From contig JAQGDQ010001390.1 in the NCBI GenBank assembly GCA_030141605.1, positions 1 to 43,093 of the forward strand: DNA of 43,093 nucleotides, given 5' to 3'. The DNA is from Tubiluchus corallicola. Its lineage: Eukaryota; Animalia; Priapulida. The number at the start of each line of letters is the position of its first letter. The stretch's first letter is position 1. The notes below the pieces were generated by a model. The model was not told where the DNA came from. It ran no database searches and worked only from the letters and a program-made list of their open reading frames with translations. The position numbers and the translations under genes were made by a program. Below, in pieces: positions 14,660 through 43,093 of the stretch.

Positions 14660-14970
14660 AAACGGTAACAAGCTTAGATAACATAACATAAAGTTTGAAA
14701 AAATAATCAGAGCATCCATATCAAACTCTAGCTAGATAAGCAAACGTTTAAATTTCTTTATATCGTTAATGTCTTTTTGGTGTATCTGTGATGCACAGTG
14801 GGATGGTGAAACAGTGTTGTTTTTACCATATGGCACGAATATTTTAAATTATTGAGAATTTTATTTTTGAAATTGCATAAGGCTTTCAAACATGTAAGTA
14901 TAAATCAACATAGTATGACTTTGTGTGAAAAGTTTTTTATAACATACTTCAAAACTGCCTTTTCTTCCTG
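14660..14970 (+). mobile_element. Dispersed repeat family K (copy 2, diverged)
   Basis: AACGGTAA...AGCTTAGATAACA...AAGTTTGAAAAAATAATCAG...TGCACAGTGGGAT...CATAAGGCTTTCAAAC is collinear with 6285-6604. Confidence 0.6.
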
Positions 14971-16499
14971 GTTTATTCCTAATACAATCAAAAAGCACTA
15001 TATATATGATTTTACATTCCGTAAAGGCCATGACACCCAATTTTCATGCTCCATCATGAAGCTGCAGACATTGAGCTGTGATACGAAGCCTGAAGCCACT
15101 ACAAAGAGGGGAGTCTTGCTGGCAGAATTCTGCTCAGTTTGCGACCAGTTATTGCTGTTCCCTTGAAGAGAGTGCCCCAGCAACGTTTATATTCTGTCCA
15201 AATTGTGTGGTATACAAATATATACAAATGAACAGAGATCTTACTTAAATGTTTTTTATTTCACTACGTGCCTCTCTCAAAGTATCATTATATTATCTTA
15301 TGATGCTGCAGTTGTACAAAATCTTTGTAGCTTTTCATAAAAATGCGTCTAACTTCCATAAGCCTCACATGGTGGCCTAATCATCTCTGTCGAGTCTACC
15401 TATTGTGCCTAGAGATGCTGCCGTCACGAGGTCTAAAATAATAGCCCATTTATAGTCCCTTATTATAATCCTACGTGACTGGTTATTTATACCTGGCCAT
15501 GACATTCACACTTTGGCAAGAGTATAACTAACTTTCTTTCTTGTTAGAAACAATTAAATCAAGTCTTCAATTCATAATCAAACTACACATACATCGCGCA
15601 CAATCTATTTTTGATTTATTGATTGGTTTGTAGGACACAGATCACTGATTTATTATGATAAGCAAGCAAAGTCATATTTATTGTTATTCTAAATTTCCAG
15701 AAGAAACCTGATGCATAGATACAAATAACAACAAACAATTAAAATATTAAAATGAACCAAGTGTGAAAATTTGTAAACAGAAAATGGTAAACAAAGACAA
15801 CACAAGTAAACACAATGAACTTTAAACAGAAAAACAGAGAGATTCAAGCAGTTATACAACAAGTCATTACCTGTTAATTAGTTTTTACGTGCGTATTCAC
15901 CCAACTCTTTCCATGCAAATCAATTAACCATTAGCACAATTATCGATATCCAACCATTGTGATAACACGCTGTTCAAATGTTTGCACTAGACTTTTACAA
16001 CAGCCATGTAACATGCACGTACATTGCACAAGCAAAGTAAACAATCTGATTGTACGTTATATTCCACCTGCAGACACTTGCACGTATAGAATATCAATCG
16101 GTCGCAGCATCAGTCACAAAACTGCCAATCCAATCAAGTTCATCCATCTCTCTCTGCATCCGTCGTCAAGTCAACGGTATAGTTTCTAAGCAATGTAAAA
16201 AACCGCCTGCGTGGTGTCCAGGTCTTCGTGTGTACAGATCTCCTGCAGCCAGCATACACAGTGGCTCTCCACTGAATGCAAGGCATGGTAATCAATACAT
16301 GCTCGCTAAACATCATGCATATGGGGCTTCTTAGGACACCAGTCTGACACAAAGTAAACGATGACCATTATCACCACGAATAAAAATTCAGGAACTGGTT
16401 AAGTGACCAGCTGACCGACAAATAAATGACCGACTGATTAACCAATTGACCAAATGACCAATGTAGCTAATGCTGGACTACTGGTAGACTACTGAAATG

Positions 16500-17737
16500 G
16501 TCAGTGTGTGCTTTTTCAGCCATTCTTTCCAAATATACTGATTAAAGTACATTTTCTGGTTCCAAAATGTCAAGAGCTACTAAAGGAAATCGAAAAAGCG
16601 TGTTCAAAAATATTTTTGAAAGAGTTAAAGTTTAATGGAAGCAGAGCAGCAATGCCAAGAAAAGAAGAACAGAACTCGCAACTCTCTCCTAGATTTACAT
16701 TTAGAAAAAGTTACAGTCAACAAATTAAATCTAACTCTACGGTGCAACTCATTTGCTTACTTTGCCAGCTACAGCAAATAAGCCTTTTCACAGTGCCAGC
16801 GACTGACGATGATCGTGAAAAGGTCAAAGGTTAAGTGTACCAGAAAACGCATTTGTGTGCACTTGCACACCTCACAGCCCAAGCTACTGCAATAGTAACA
16901 GTTTTAACAGCTAGCTATAACCTTACCTAGTTAATTTTTTCCCAAGGTGGCAAATCACTCTACTATGCACAGACTAATGCATAATTAAGTAAAGTCCACG
17001 TAAAACAACAGAAGTTATTGAATTGGTGTGGGAGACAGCTTTGCTTTACACACATCGCATGACTGTTGTAGTTAAGATGCATTGCTGTGATACACTTAAC
17101 CTTTGATCTACAGCAACTACGCATGCGCACAACGACACTATGAAAAGGCTTATTGAAATTATGTGTGTAAGTTTATGCTACACTTTATTGCATTGTAATT
17201 AAGCCACACATACATCTACGAGTATACTAGCTTTCGGAAAGAAGCCACACTTTTTATTCCTAGAATGCATATTGCAAGATGAAGCACTTTAAATGGACGC
17301 TTGATTAGAAACGTGCAACAACATTGTATTAAACTCGCTTTTGCCAAGACATCCAATTTTTGTTTCAGTGCATATTAAACTAATGGAACACGGGCCAATC
17401 AACATGAACAAAAGGAAGCTAGTGTTCATGACTAGGCAGTACAAATGCCTACTTATTTTCACTTTATTTTGCATAAATTTGCATAATTTTATTTCCCATA
17501 ATTGTTTGCAATCAATTTAATTTTAATTTACTTTCCTTTTCTGTTCTTTATTTTGTTATAATAATATTTGATCGTCATGCGGAAATTAGTAGCCTGACTA
17601 TTTAGGGATGGCAGACCAAATGACCATTTGGTCTTTCGCCATCCTGTCCTTCTTAAATTGTGTAGCTCATTGTTATATACTATTCTGTGATTTTTATTTT
17701 GAAGGCAAATAAATTTATTATTATTATTATGATGATG

Positions 17738-17769
<32 letters not shown>

Positions 17770-17786
17770 GATGATGATGATGATTA
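16500..17786 (+). mobile_element. Decayed LINE 3' portion, interrupted by a family A MITE and ending in a stem-loop, AATAAA and (TTA)n(TGA)n tail
   Basis: About 16580-16620 reads LLKEIE-VQKYF (frameshifted IExVQRRF-like motif). Hairpin at 17606-17644 and tail at 17715-17786. The 3' 130 bp recur inverted at 22550-22680. Confidence 0.5.
16777..17154. mobile_element. MITE, family A (copy 2)
   Basis: TIRs AATAAGCCTTTTCACAGTG / CACTATGAAAAGGCTTATT (18/19); collinear with 2896-3269. Confidence 0.88.
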
Positions 17787-18203
17787 TGTGTACTTGTAGT
17801 ATTTCTTCGAGGAAAAGAAATGTGGTGTTTTGTTTTTCTTTATATTTTAGTTACCTGGCTGTTTCAGTCCCACCTGATTTGAATAGTAACCTGAATTATT
17901 TTTAATTTTGGACTTAAGTTAAACACTAGTTATTGAGCAATCATACTTTGTATAACTAATATGATGACGTACATTGATAATTGTTTCTGGTGTCACTCCT
18001 GTACTCTGTGGGCTTTGTATATTTCAATTTCAAGCGTTAACAAATGAATACTTGTGTTTTTGAGCTATCTATGTAAGTACATCTCTTGATAATCAGTTGT
18101 ATATATATCTGTTCTCAGCTAAAATGTATTTGTTGCACAGTGGAAAAACTCCAATCACTAATATTACTGTATGTTAATCCACTTAAAATAAGTGAAGTTT
18201 ATA

Positions 18204-18890
18204 TAGGTTTTACATGCCAAATGTAGACACAGCAAAGTTCAAATGTGACTTAGGTAAGTCAAATGTAGATGCATTACTTTGAATAAATTGGTAATAAACT
18301 CATTTAAGTGCAAATTACAAACAGATAAACCAAAGATAGTCATCACTTCTTTCATAACTTTGAAAAATGCGTTGTTTATCCTCAAACTAAATTATTTGAC
18401 AAACCATAACATCTGTAGAAAAGAATCAATTGGTTCCCACTTCCCAATGAACAGTGAAACACTAATTAGTTTTTTAAGTAATGCATTAGCGCCGCATTAA
18501 TGAATTAGTTTCTCTCAAGAAACATTGTTTATTTTAAGAATGTATTGTTTTCTCTAACAGTTCCAATGGTATGTAAAGTTTACAGAATATTAGCAAACTA
18601 TTAGTAGACCTATAAAGTTATTAATTTCACAGCAATTATTAAATTAAGATTAAAGGAGATTAAATTTAACATCCTTAACCTTTACCACCTATCCACATTT
18701 GAGATACCAATGTCACATTTGACTTGACATGTGTCTACAGTTGACTTACCAAAAACGCTTAAGATTTGTTGAAAACCATTGTTAACACATTTGAACTACC
18801 TAAGTGTACATTTGAGTTACCAAGACACATTTGAATTACCTAAATCTGCATTTGACTTAAAGTAGGTCTATATTTGACATGTAAAACCTA
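18204..18890. mobile_element. Non-autonomous TIR element with ~20-bp subterminal repeats
   Basis: TAGGTTTTACATGCCAAATGTAGAC ... GTCTATATTTGACATGTAAAACCTA (23/25 inverted match), flanked by TA on both sides. Repeated CATTTGA.TTACC motifs at 18695-18860 mirror TCAAATGT motifs at the left end. Confidence 0.85.
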
Positions 18891-20575
18891 TATTATATTG
18901 AACACAGATTTATTTATTTCAAATTTGATTTAATGTTTATCTAGTCTACAATACAAATGCACTGAAGGGGATCATTATAAACTAAAATCATTTTCTCTTT
19001 GGGTAAGTTTGTTTTCTTAGGTCTCTTACACTGAAGGAACAACAGATTCAACAATAAATTTATTTAACAAAGGGCATTATATGGCCAGCAAACAAGTGGC
19101 ACCACTGACAGACAAGATAAGGGAGCAAGACAGTCATAAGATGAACCAGTAAAAAATCCATTAGAATTCCAATCATTCCAAATTCCAAAATGGCAATAGT
19201 TTTCTTCACTAAACTCACTTCGAAAGTTCACAACTTCTTAAGTGGCACGTACCACTGCTGTTAGGATAGACAAAAAATTGTTTATATATTTAAGATCATC
19301 CCATTCTTTCTAACTCCGCGCAAAATTTAATTCGACATTTTCATAAATTGACAAGAAGAGGAATGCAAGGAAGCTATTCGAAATGAAACACTTTGCAGAA
19401 TAATGTTTTTCACTAAATTCAGCTAACTGGAACTAACATTTTCTAAAACCTCACAAAGTGTTTGAGTCACTAAGTTACTTTTGCTGTACAAGCCGCCATA
19501 TAAAAGCGGTTATACGTCATATAAGCACGTCCATTAATCCTCTTTCCAGCTGGCATCTGCCTACATGTAGTAAATCAACGATCAGTCAATTTAAATCAAT
19601 GTTAGCTCCAGTCGAGTGCTCAATAATTTGCCGAGCGTTCCCAACTGTACGTTTTAATTAATGAAGCTTCGATGAGAAAAGCGCATTAAGCCCCGAGCAC
19701 AAATGACAGGAAATATGACTGATGTAAAAAGCGGTAAAGTGACGGCGAACGAAACGGCTGAGTCTGAAGCGGAAATGACAGGCGAGACGTTTGGAAAAGC
19801 CGGAACAAAACTGTCTCTTCGCAGCAACGCTGACTTGCACGGCTTGCACTGATAACGACAGCAAAAAGATTATCTAAATAAAAAGTGGGAATGGGGCATC
19901 ACAATTTTTCTTTGGCAATTCTACGAAAATGATTCACTTTCAAAAAACATTTTACTTAAGTAATGAAAGTATGCTATAAGTGCCACAGGTAAAAATAGTC
20001 TTTTGTAAGAATTGTAATAAATTACAAAATTTAAAAAACTGCTATCAATGCAAACATGATCTTTTTTTATTATTGATGATACCCTCCATTTTTGTTTAAA
20101 CTAATGCTCCTACACTCAACCACCTATACTCAACTTAAGAATGTTTTTCAAATTATTGACGTGTTTCAATCTAGTATTCTTGTTTCACATAGATGGCTCT
20201 TCAATCTCTGTCAAGCTGTTGATTATTGCACGTTTCACGGCACATGTCAATTATGCCTTCTCTTATGTCACTTATTCTCCCACTCTATCTGTCCATCAAG
20301 ATTCAAACTGCTTCGCACGCGATAGCAAATGCGCCACGTCTGCTCAATGAAATGAACGATTCATTATTATTTCAAACCGATTGTGCTTAACGTGGAAAGT
20401 GACAATCACGCAGCACGTCAGACATAAACGGAGTGACTTACGGGAATTTTCCAACGTAGCGCGAGTGATTAATTGGCAGACATCACCTTTATTTGTAAAT
20501 GAAAAAGCGGCAAACTTAGGAAAACGAGAGAACAGAAAAGAGAACAGCAAAATGGGAGAAAACAGTAATTCATGC

Positions 20576-21117
20576 CAGTGGCAGCTCGTAGCTAAAATTA
20601 CTGGGAGTGCTGCTTCAAAAAAATGTTAGGCATGCTTTAATACTGTGTAAAACGAAACAAACATATGTAATTTTAATGTTGTAATTTGTAATTGTAACTT
20701 TAAACAAACAAGCATGAAAATTTATACATAAACTTGATAAAATGCAAAACAAAAAATATTGTTTGCTTACGGATAGCCTAAATTGTCGCAGTTCAAGAGT
20801 ATGCTGCCACACGGCTTTTGAGCACGTGACAACTGACAACACACACTGCGTGAGCGACAGTACTCTTTCTACCTAGAGTACAGCATCTTATTTCAGACAT
20901 GTGCACATGTGCAAATGTCAGACAAACACTAGGTTGCTTGAGATTGTGAGTGCACTATGCTGGGCTGTGAAGCAAACAGTACTACCCTCACGTGCTCTGG
21001 AACCGTATAAAAAAAGAACTAAAGAAAAAAGACTTATTATATTGAATACCATCGATAATATTGAGTGAAAATAGGGTGTGCTGCAGTTCCACAGTATCTA
21101 TAAATGAGCAACTAGTG
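20576..21117. mobile_element. hAT-type MITE, family B (copy 2, right TIR decayed)
   Basis: Left TIR CAGTGGCAGCTCGT, decayed right TIR ATGAGCAACTAGTG; TSD ATTCATGC (20568-75) / GTTCATGC (21118-25); collinear with 10536-11019. Confidence 0.85.
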
Positions 21118-21426
21118 GTTCATGCCCTTGAAAACATTACACGTCTTACAGCAATGAAAGATATAGAAAATCATGGATTACTACATGATCGATTACTGAT
21201 CTCATCCATGTGAAGTTTCAATACTGGGAATGCAACAAGCAAGGTGAAGCGACTACAGCCATTATATTTATAAGCTAAGTGATTGTTTTGTTCTTTGAAT
21301 AGATATTTTTGAATTCGAAGATAAAAGTTGTACATAAGCATGCATCCCTGGCTTAAGTACTTAGTGTGCTTAGGTACGCACGAATCACATTCGGCTTACA
21401 ACACAAATGAAAATTCCTGAACTCAC

Positions 21427-39323
<17,897 letters not shown>

Positions 39324-39464
39324 TTAACTAGTATAATCAAATTAGCTGGCTTTAATATAATGATAGATTGTACATATTGAATAGGCAATACGACAGTATT
39401 ATAGACCCAAAGACTTGTATGCTATGAACCGAACCTATTTAATTAGAGGAAGATGCTGAAAAAA

Positions 39465-39515
39465 TTGCAAGTCCGCCAGGATTCGAACCCACAAACTTTC
39501 ACTTATAGGGCTCAT
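39465..39515 (-). mobile_element. tRNA-derived SINE head remnant
   Basis: Minus strand GTGGGTTCGAATCCTGGCGGAC (B-box/T-arm) with no complete cloverleaf; a similar remnant lies near 27800-27835. Confidence 0.4.
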
Positions 39516-40753
39516 AAATCAGACTTAGTACAGTTCAATATCTAAAATAAGTAGGATAAGTGCAATAAAGTTTAAAACTAGAAAAATCTATTTCAGATGT
39601 GACTGTAAATTTTCCAAGAAAGCTAAGATGAGCGCAACTGTTACTGTCACTCCAAACAAAATTGCAATTAAATTTTATTTTCATCTGCTAGACTATTCAC
39701 ATGCAGCCATGGCAGTGGAACTTAGTCACGTTATGAGTGCATTTGCCTGGCAGTGTCAGTCTGCTTGGCAATGTTCCAAAAAGATTCCTTGTTAAATATT
39801 GCCTTGGGTAAAACAAAACCGCTTCAGTGTAAATATGCGCACAAAATTTCAAATTTTCACTTAATCAAGATTAAATCAACATCAGCGTGACACATTTACA
39901 GCAATGCAGTTTACTGATTGAACTTTGTTGGCGTTCTGTTTGGTTTGAAGAAACCAAAAAACTTGAAATTGAGTCTCAAGACTTTATTCTTAAGATTTTA
40001 TTCTGAAGTGTCTACATAATCAGCGAAGCAGTGTCATGTTGAAAAGCAGAAAACCAAGTGACCAAAAACTACAGGTGAAATCATTTAGGTATGAAAACAG
40101 GTTTACAGATTATGTATTCCTAAACTGTAGAAGCCAATGAAAATTTAAACAGTAAAGAGAAAGATTTAACAATTTTAACAAGAACACCTGAAGGTGGCAA
40201 CACTATTCAAAACTAAAAAAAAGTATGATGACAATACAATATAAATTTAAATTTAAAGTAATTAAAATGATTTTCTTCTGTCCACTGTTATTTTTTTAAA
40301 TGCATTGCAAGATGCAGAATTATTAAAATTAATGACAGTTGGCCAACAAAATATGTGAAAACAAACCTGACTGGACTGAAATAACACAGTGCAAGCCTGA
40401 TTGACTGACTAACCGTAATACATGTAATATTAAGTTTATGAAATATATGCATGTTGTTCTGTTGTATGCATTTTTCTGTGCTTGAATCATTACACCACTT
40501 ACACGTGAATTCTTTGTCCCGATGTATAATGTTTTTTAAGTCTAATTTATCTTTGTCACTTGTAATTTGTTTTGCTCAGTAGTTCAATAAATAAAATAAA
40601 AATATTCAACTTGTCACAAAATACGATCCTCTTGATGGCACCTCACGAAACCAATTAACAGGGCCATTCCTTGCAAAAATCTCAATGCCCTAAGGAGTCA
40701 GTTGAAAAGGAAAAATCCAATGTTGTAACAATTACTAATGTTCTATGTCCATT

Positions 40754-41113
40754 TAAAGTCAACTATGTCAACTCAACATGTAAAAGTCAACTATGTCAAC
40801 TTAACATGTAAAAGTCAACTATGTCAACTCAACATGTAAAGTCAACTATGTCAGCTCAACATGTAAAGTCAACTATGTCAACTCAGCATGTAAAGTCAAC
40901 TATGACAACTCAACATGTAAAGTCAACTATGTCAACTCAACATGTAAAAGTCAACTATGTCAACTCAACATGTAAAGTCAACTATGTCAACTCAGCATGT
41001 AAAGTCAACTATGTCAACTCAACATGTAAAAGTCAACTATGTCAACTCAACATGTAAAGTCAACTATGTCAACTCAACATATAAAGTCAACTATGTCAAC
41101 TCAACATGTAAAG
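40754..41113. repeat. Minisatellite, 27/28-bp unit, ~13 copies
   Basis: Unit AAGTCAACTATGTCAACTCAACATGTA(A), itself containing GTCAACT twice. Confidence 0.96.
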
Positions 41114-41220
41114 CCAACTGGTCCAACTCTTTGGAATAAAATTAAAACAGAAATTAAACAAGCTCAGTCTCTCTACAATAATAAAAGAAATTCAAAGATT
41201 ACTTATTTTCGTGTTACTGA
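41113..41220 (+). mobile_element. LINE ORF2 extreme 3' fragment
   Basis: Reads TGPTLWNKIKTEIKQAQSL..., matching the GPxLWNxLPxEIKxAxSLxxFK C-terminus of L2/CR1-group LINEs. Confidence 0.65.
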
Positions 41221-42098
41221 GCACAAACAATATTTTTTAAAGCAATATACTACGAAGTTACAAAGTGACAGCATTCCAATGAGACAAAACTTATTAGCAC
41301 ATATGATTTAATTTACTTTTGTATACCGCTATAGAGGACAGTTTTAGCTCTACTAACCCATCCAACCTGTTCTCGCATTCAACTTCCCTCTAACCATTAA
41401 TACTTCCGGTCTTTCGTTTGCTTAACCTTTTCCATTCCTCTGTCAGAATGCACAAAGTCCTCTTTAATTCTGGCAGGCAAACGAAATATTATTTAATATG
41501 TGAACTGTCTAGAAATTGAATATTTTGGGAGTAGACTTTGTAAAAGTATTTTGTTTGAAATGGAAATAAATATTACAATTACAATAACTATATACAAGGA
41601 CGGAAAAGCAGTTCACGGCCCTCTGATGACCCAGCTACGTTGTTTTAGGTGCCCTTTCATCAAGTGCTTGCGTTGCCTTGGTGGCAACATCCACTTTGTA
41701 TTTACTCCTCCACTTGAAAATGTTTAAGGAGAACATGATCATCATCAGCCATTCACGTGACTTGCTGTGAGGTTAATTAAGGTTCTTCAAAGGATGAATG
41801 CAAGAAATGATTTTTCCAAGAAAATTTTGATGTAGCACTTAAACTCTATATGAACCGCTAGTTTGAATATTATGACTTTACCCTTTCCTGGCATAATTTA
41901 GAGTTGCCACTGAGGAAAAAAGACATTTCAAGGAAGCCAAATATCAATTACTTCCACTGACAAGCATGAAAAACTTAAACAAACACAATTCAACCAAACA
42001 AAAGCTCTCCAGACGTTTATTGGCTGGTGTACTCTGGCTTTAATATGAAAGAGCTTCTGCCAAGACGTTCAAAGACGTTTACAGATCAACTTCTTGAT

Positions 42099-43093
42099 GA
42101 GAATAAGCAAAAACCCTGAAGAACAATACTTGGCTAAATGCTTAGGTAAGCACACCCTGACTCTCACTTGAGTAAATATGATACACACGAGAATAAGCAA
42201 AAACCCTGAAGAACAATACTTGGCTAAATGCTTAGGTAAGCTGACCCTGACTCTCACTGAGTAAATATGATACACACGAGAATAAGCAAAAACCCTGAAG
42301 AACAATACTTGGCTAAATGCTTAGTAAGCACACTCTGACTCTCACTGAGTAAATATGATACACACGAGAATAAGCAAAAACCCTGAAGAACAATACTTGG
42401 CTAAATGCTTAGGTAAGCTGACCCTGACTCTCACTGAGTAAATATGATACACACGAGAATAAGCAAAAACCTTGAAGAACAATGCTTGGCAAAATGCTTA
42501 GGTAAGCTGACCCTGACTCTCACTGAGTAAATATGATACACACGAGAATAAGCAAAAACCTTGAAGAACAATGCTTGGCAAAATGCTTAGGTAAGCTGAC
42601 CCTGACTCTCACTGAGTAAATATGATACACACGAGAATAAGCAAAAACCTTGAAGAACAATGCTTGGCTAAATGCTTAGTAAGCACACCCTGGCTCTCAC
42701 TTGAGTAAATATGATACACACGAGAATAAGCAAAAACCTTGAAGAACAATGCTTGGCTAAATGCTTAGGTAAGCTGACCCTGACTCTCACTGAGTAAATA
42801 TGATACACACGAGAATAAGCAAAAACCTTGAAGAACAATGCTTGGCTAAATGCTTAGGTAAGCTGACCCTGACTCTCACTGAGTAAATATGATACACACG
42901 AGAATAAGCAAAAACCCTGAAGAACAATACTTGGCTAAATGCTTAGGTAAGCTGACCCTGGCTCTCACTGAGTAAATATGATACACACGAGAATAAGCAA
43001 AAACCCTGAAGAACAATACTTGGCTAAATGCTTAGGTAAGCTGACCCTGACTCTCACTGAGTAAATATGATACACACGAGAATAAGCAAAAAC
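42099..43093. repeat. Satellite/minisatellite, 89-bp unit, more than 11 copies, truncated by the window edge
   Basis: Unit GAGAATAAGCAAAAACCCTGAAGAACAATACTTGGCTAAATGCTTAGGTAAGCTGACCCTGACTCTCACTGAGTAAATATGATACACAC; starts at 42099, 42189 and 42278. Confidence 0.97.

Noticed and set aside
39465-39515. tRNA gene (also near 27800-27835 and 4660-4690)
   Set aside because: Only a B-box/T-arm-like piece is present, with no acceptor stem or complete cloverleaf; treated as SINE heads.
41600-41730. Minus-strand KVDVATK as the missing upstream CASK exon (KIVDVAKF)
   Set aside because: The flanking residues do not match GPFSVVRRC...SPGLSTE and an in-frame stop follows; it looks more like a decayed LINE end (SLNIFK).
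42099-43093. Hammerhead-ribozyme satellite (CTGAAGA or the variant TTGAAGA in each 89-bp unit)
   Set aside because: The unit has no GAAA core element and no stem II/III pairing.

Overview
AT-rich, intron-rich animal (probably invertebrate) genomic DNA, not prokaryotic. It carries an internal part of a minus-strand CASK (lin-2/Caki, CaMK-domain MAGUK) gene: eight GT-AG exons between 39274 and 21427. They splice in frame (974 nt, 324 full codons) and encode most of the CaMK-like pseudokinase domain, the CaM-binding linker and most of the first L27 domain. The first exons lie beyond the right edge. I could not find the next exon in 1..21426, so that stretch looks like one intron of more than 21 kb. 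The introns hold non-autonomous DNA transposons (hAT-type with 8-bp TSDs, a piggyBac-type with TTAA TSD, two other TIR families), decayed LINE fragments, tRNA-derived SINE remnants, microsatellites and at least seven distinct minisatellite/satellite arrays (21, 27, 33, 41, ~45, 54, 89 bp units). Almost all ORFs in the track are repeat artefacts or chance ORFs. I see no firm evidence of a new biological system. The best leads are complementary repeat arrays flanking CASK exons, tandem arrays born inside LINE tails, a heptad-coding 21-bp array and a possible internal CASK promoter or exon.
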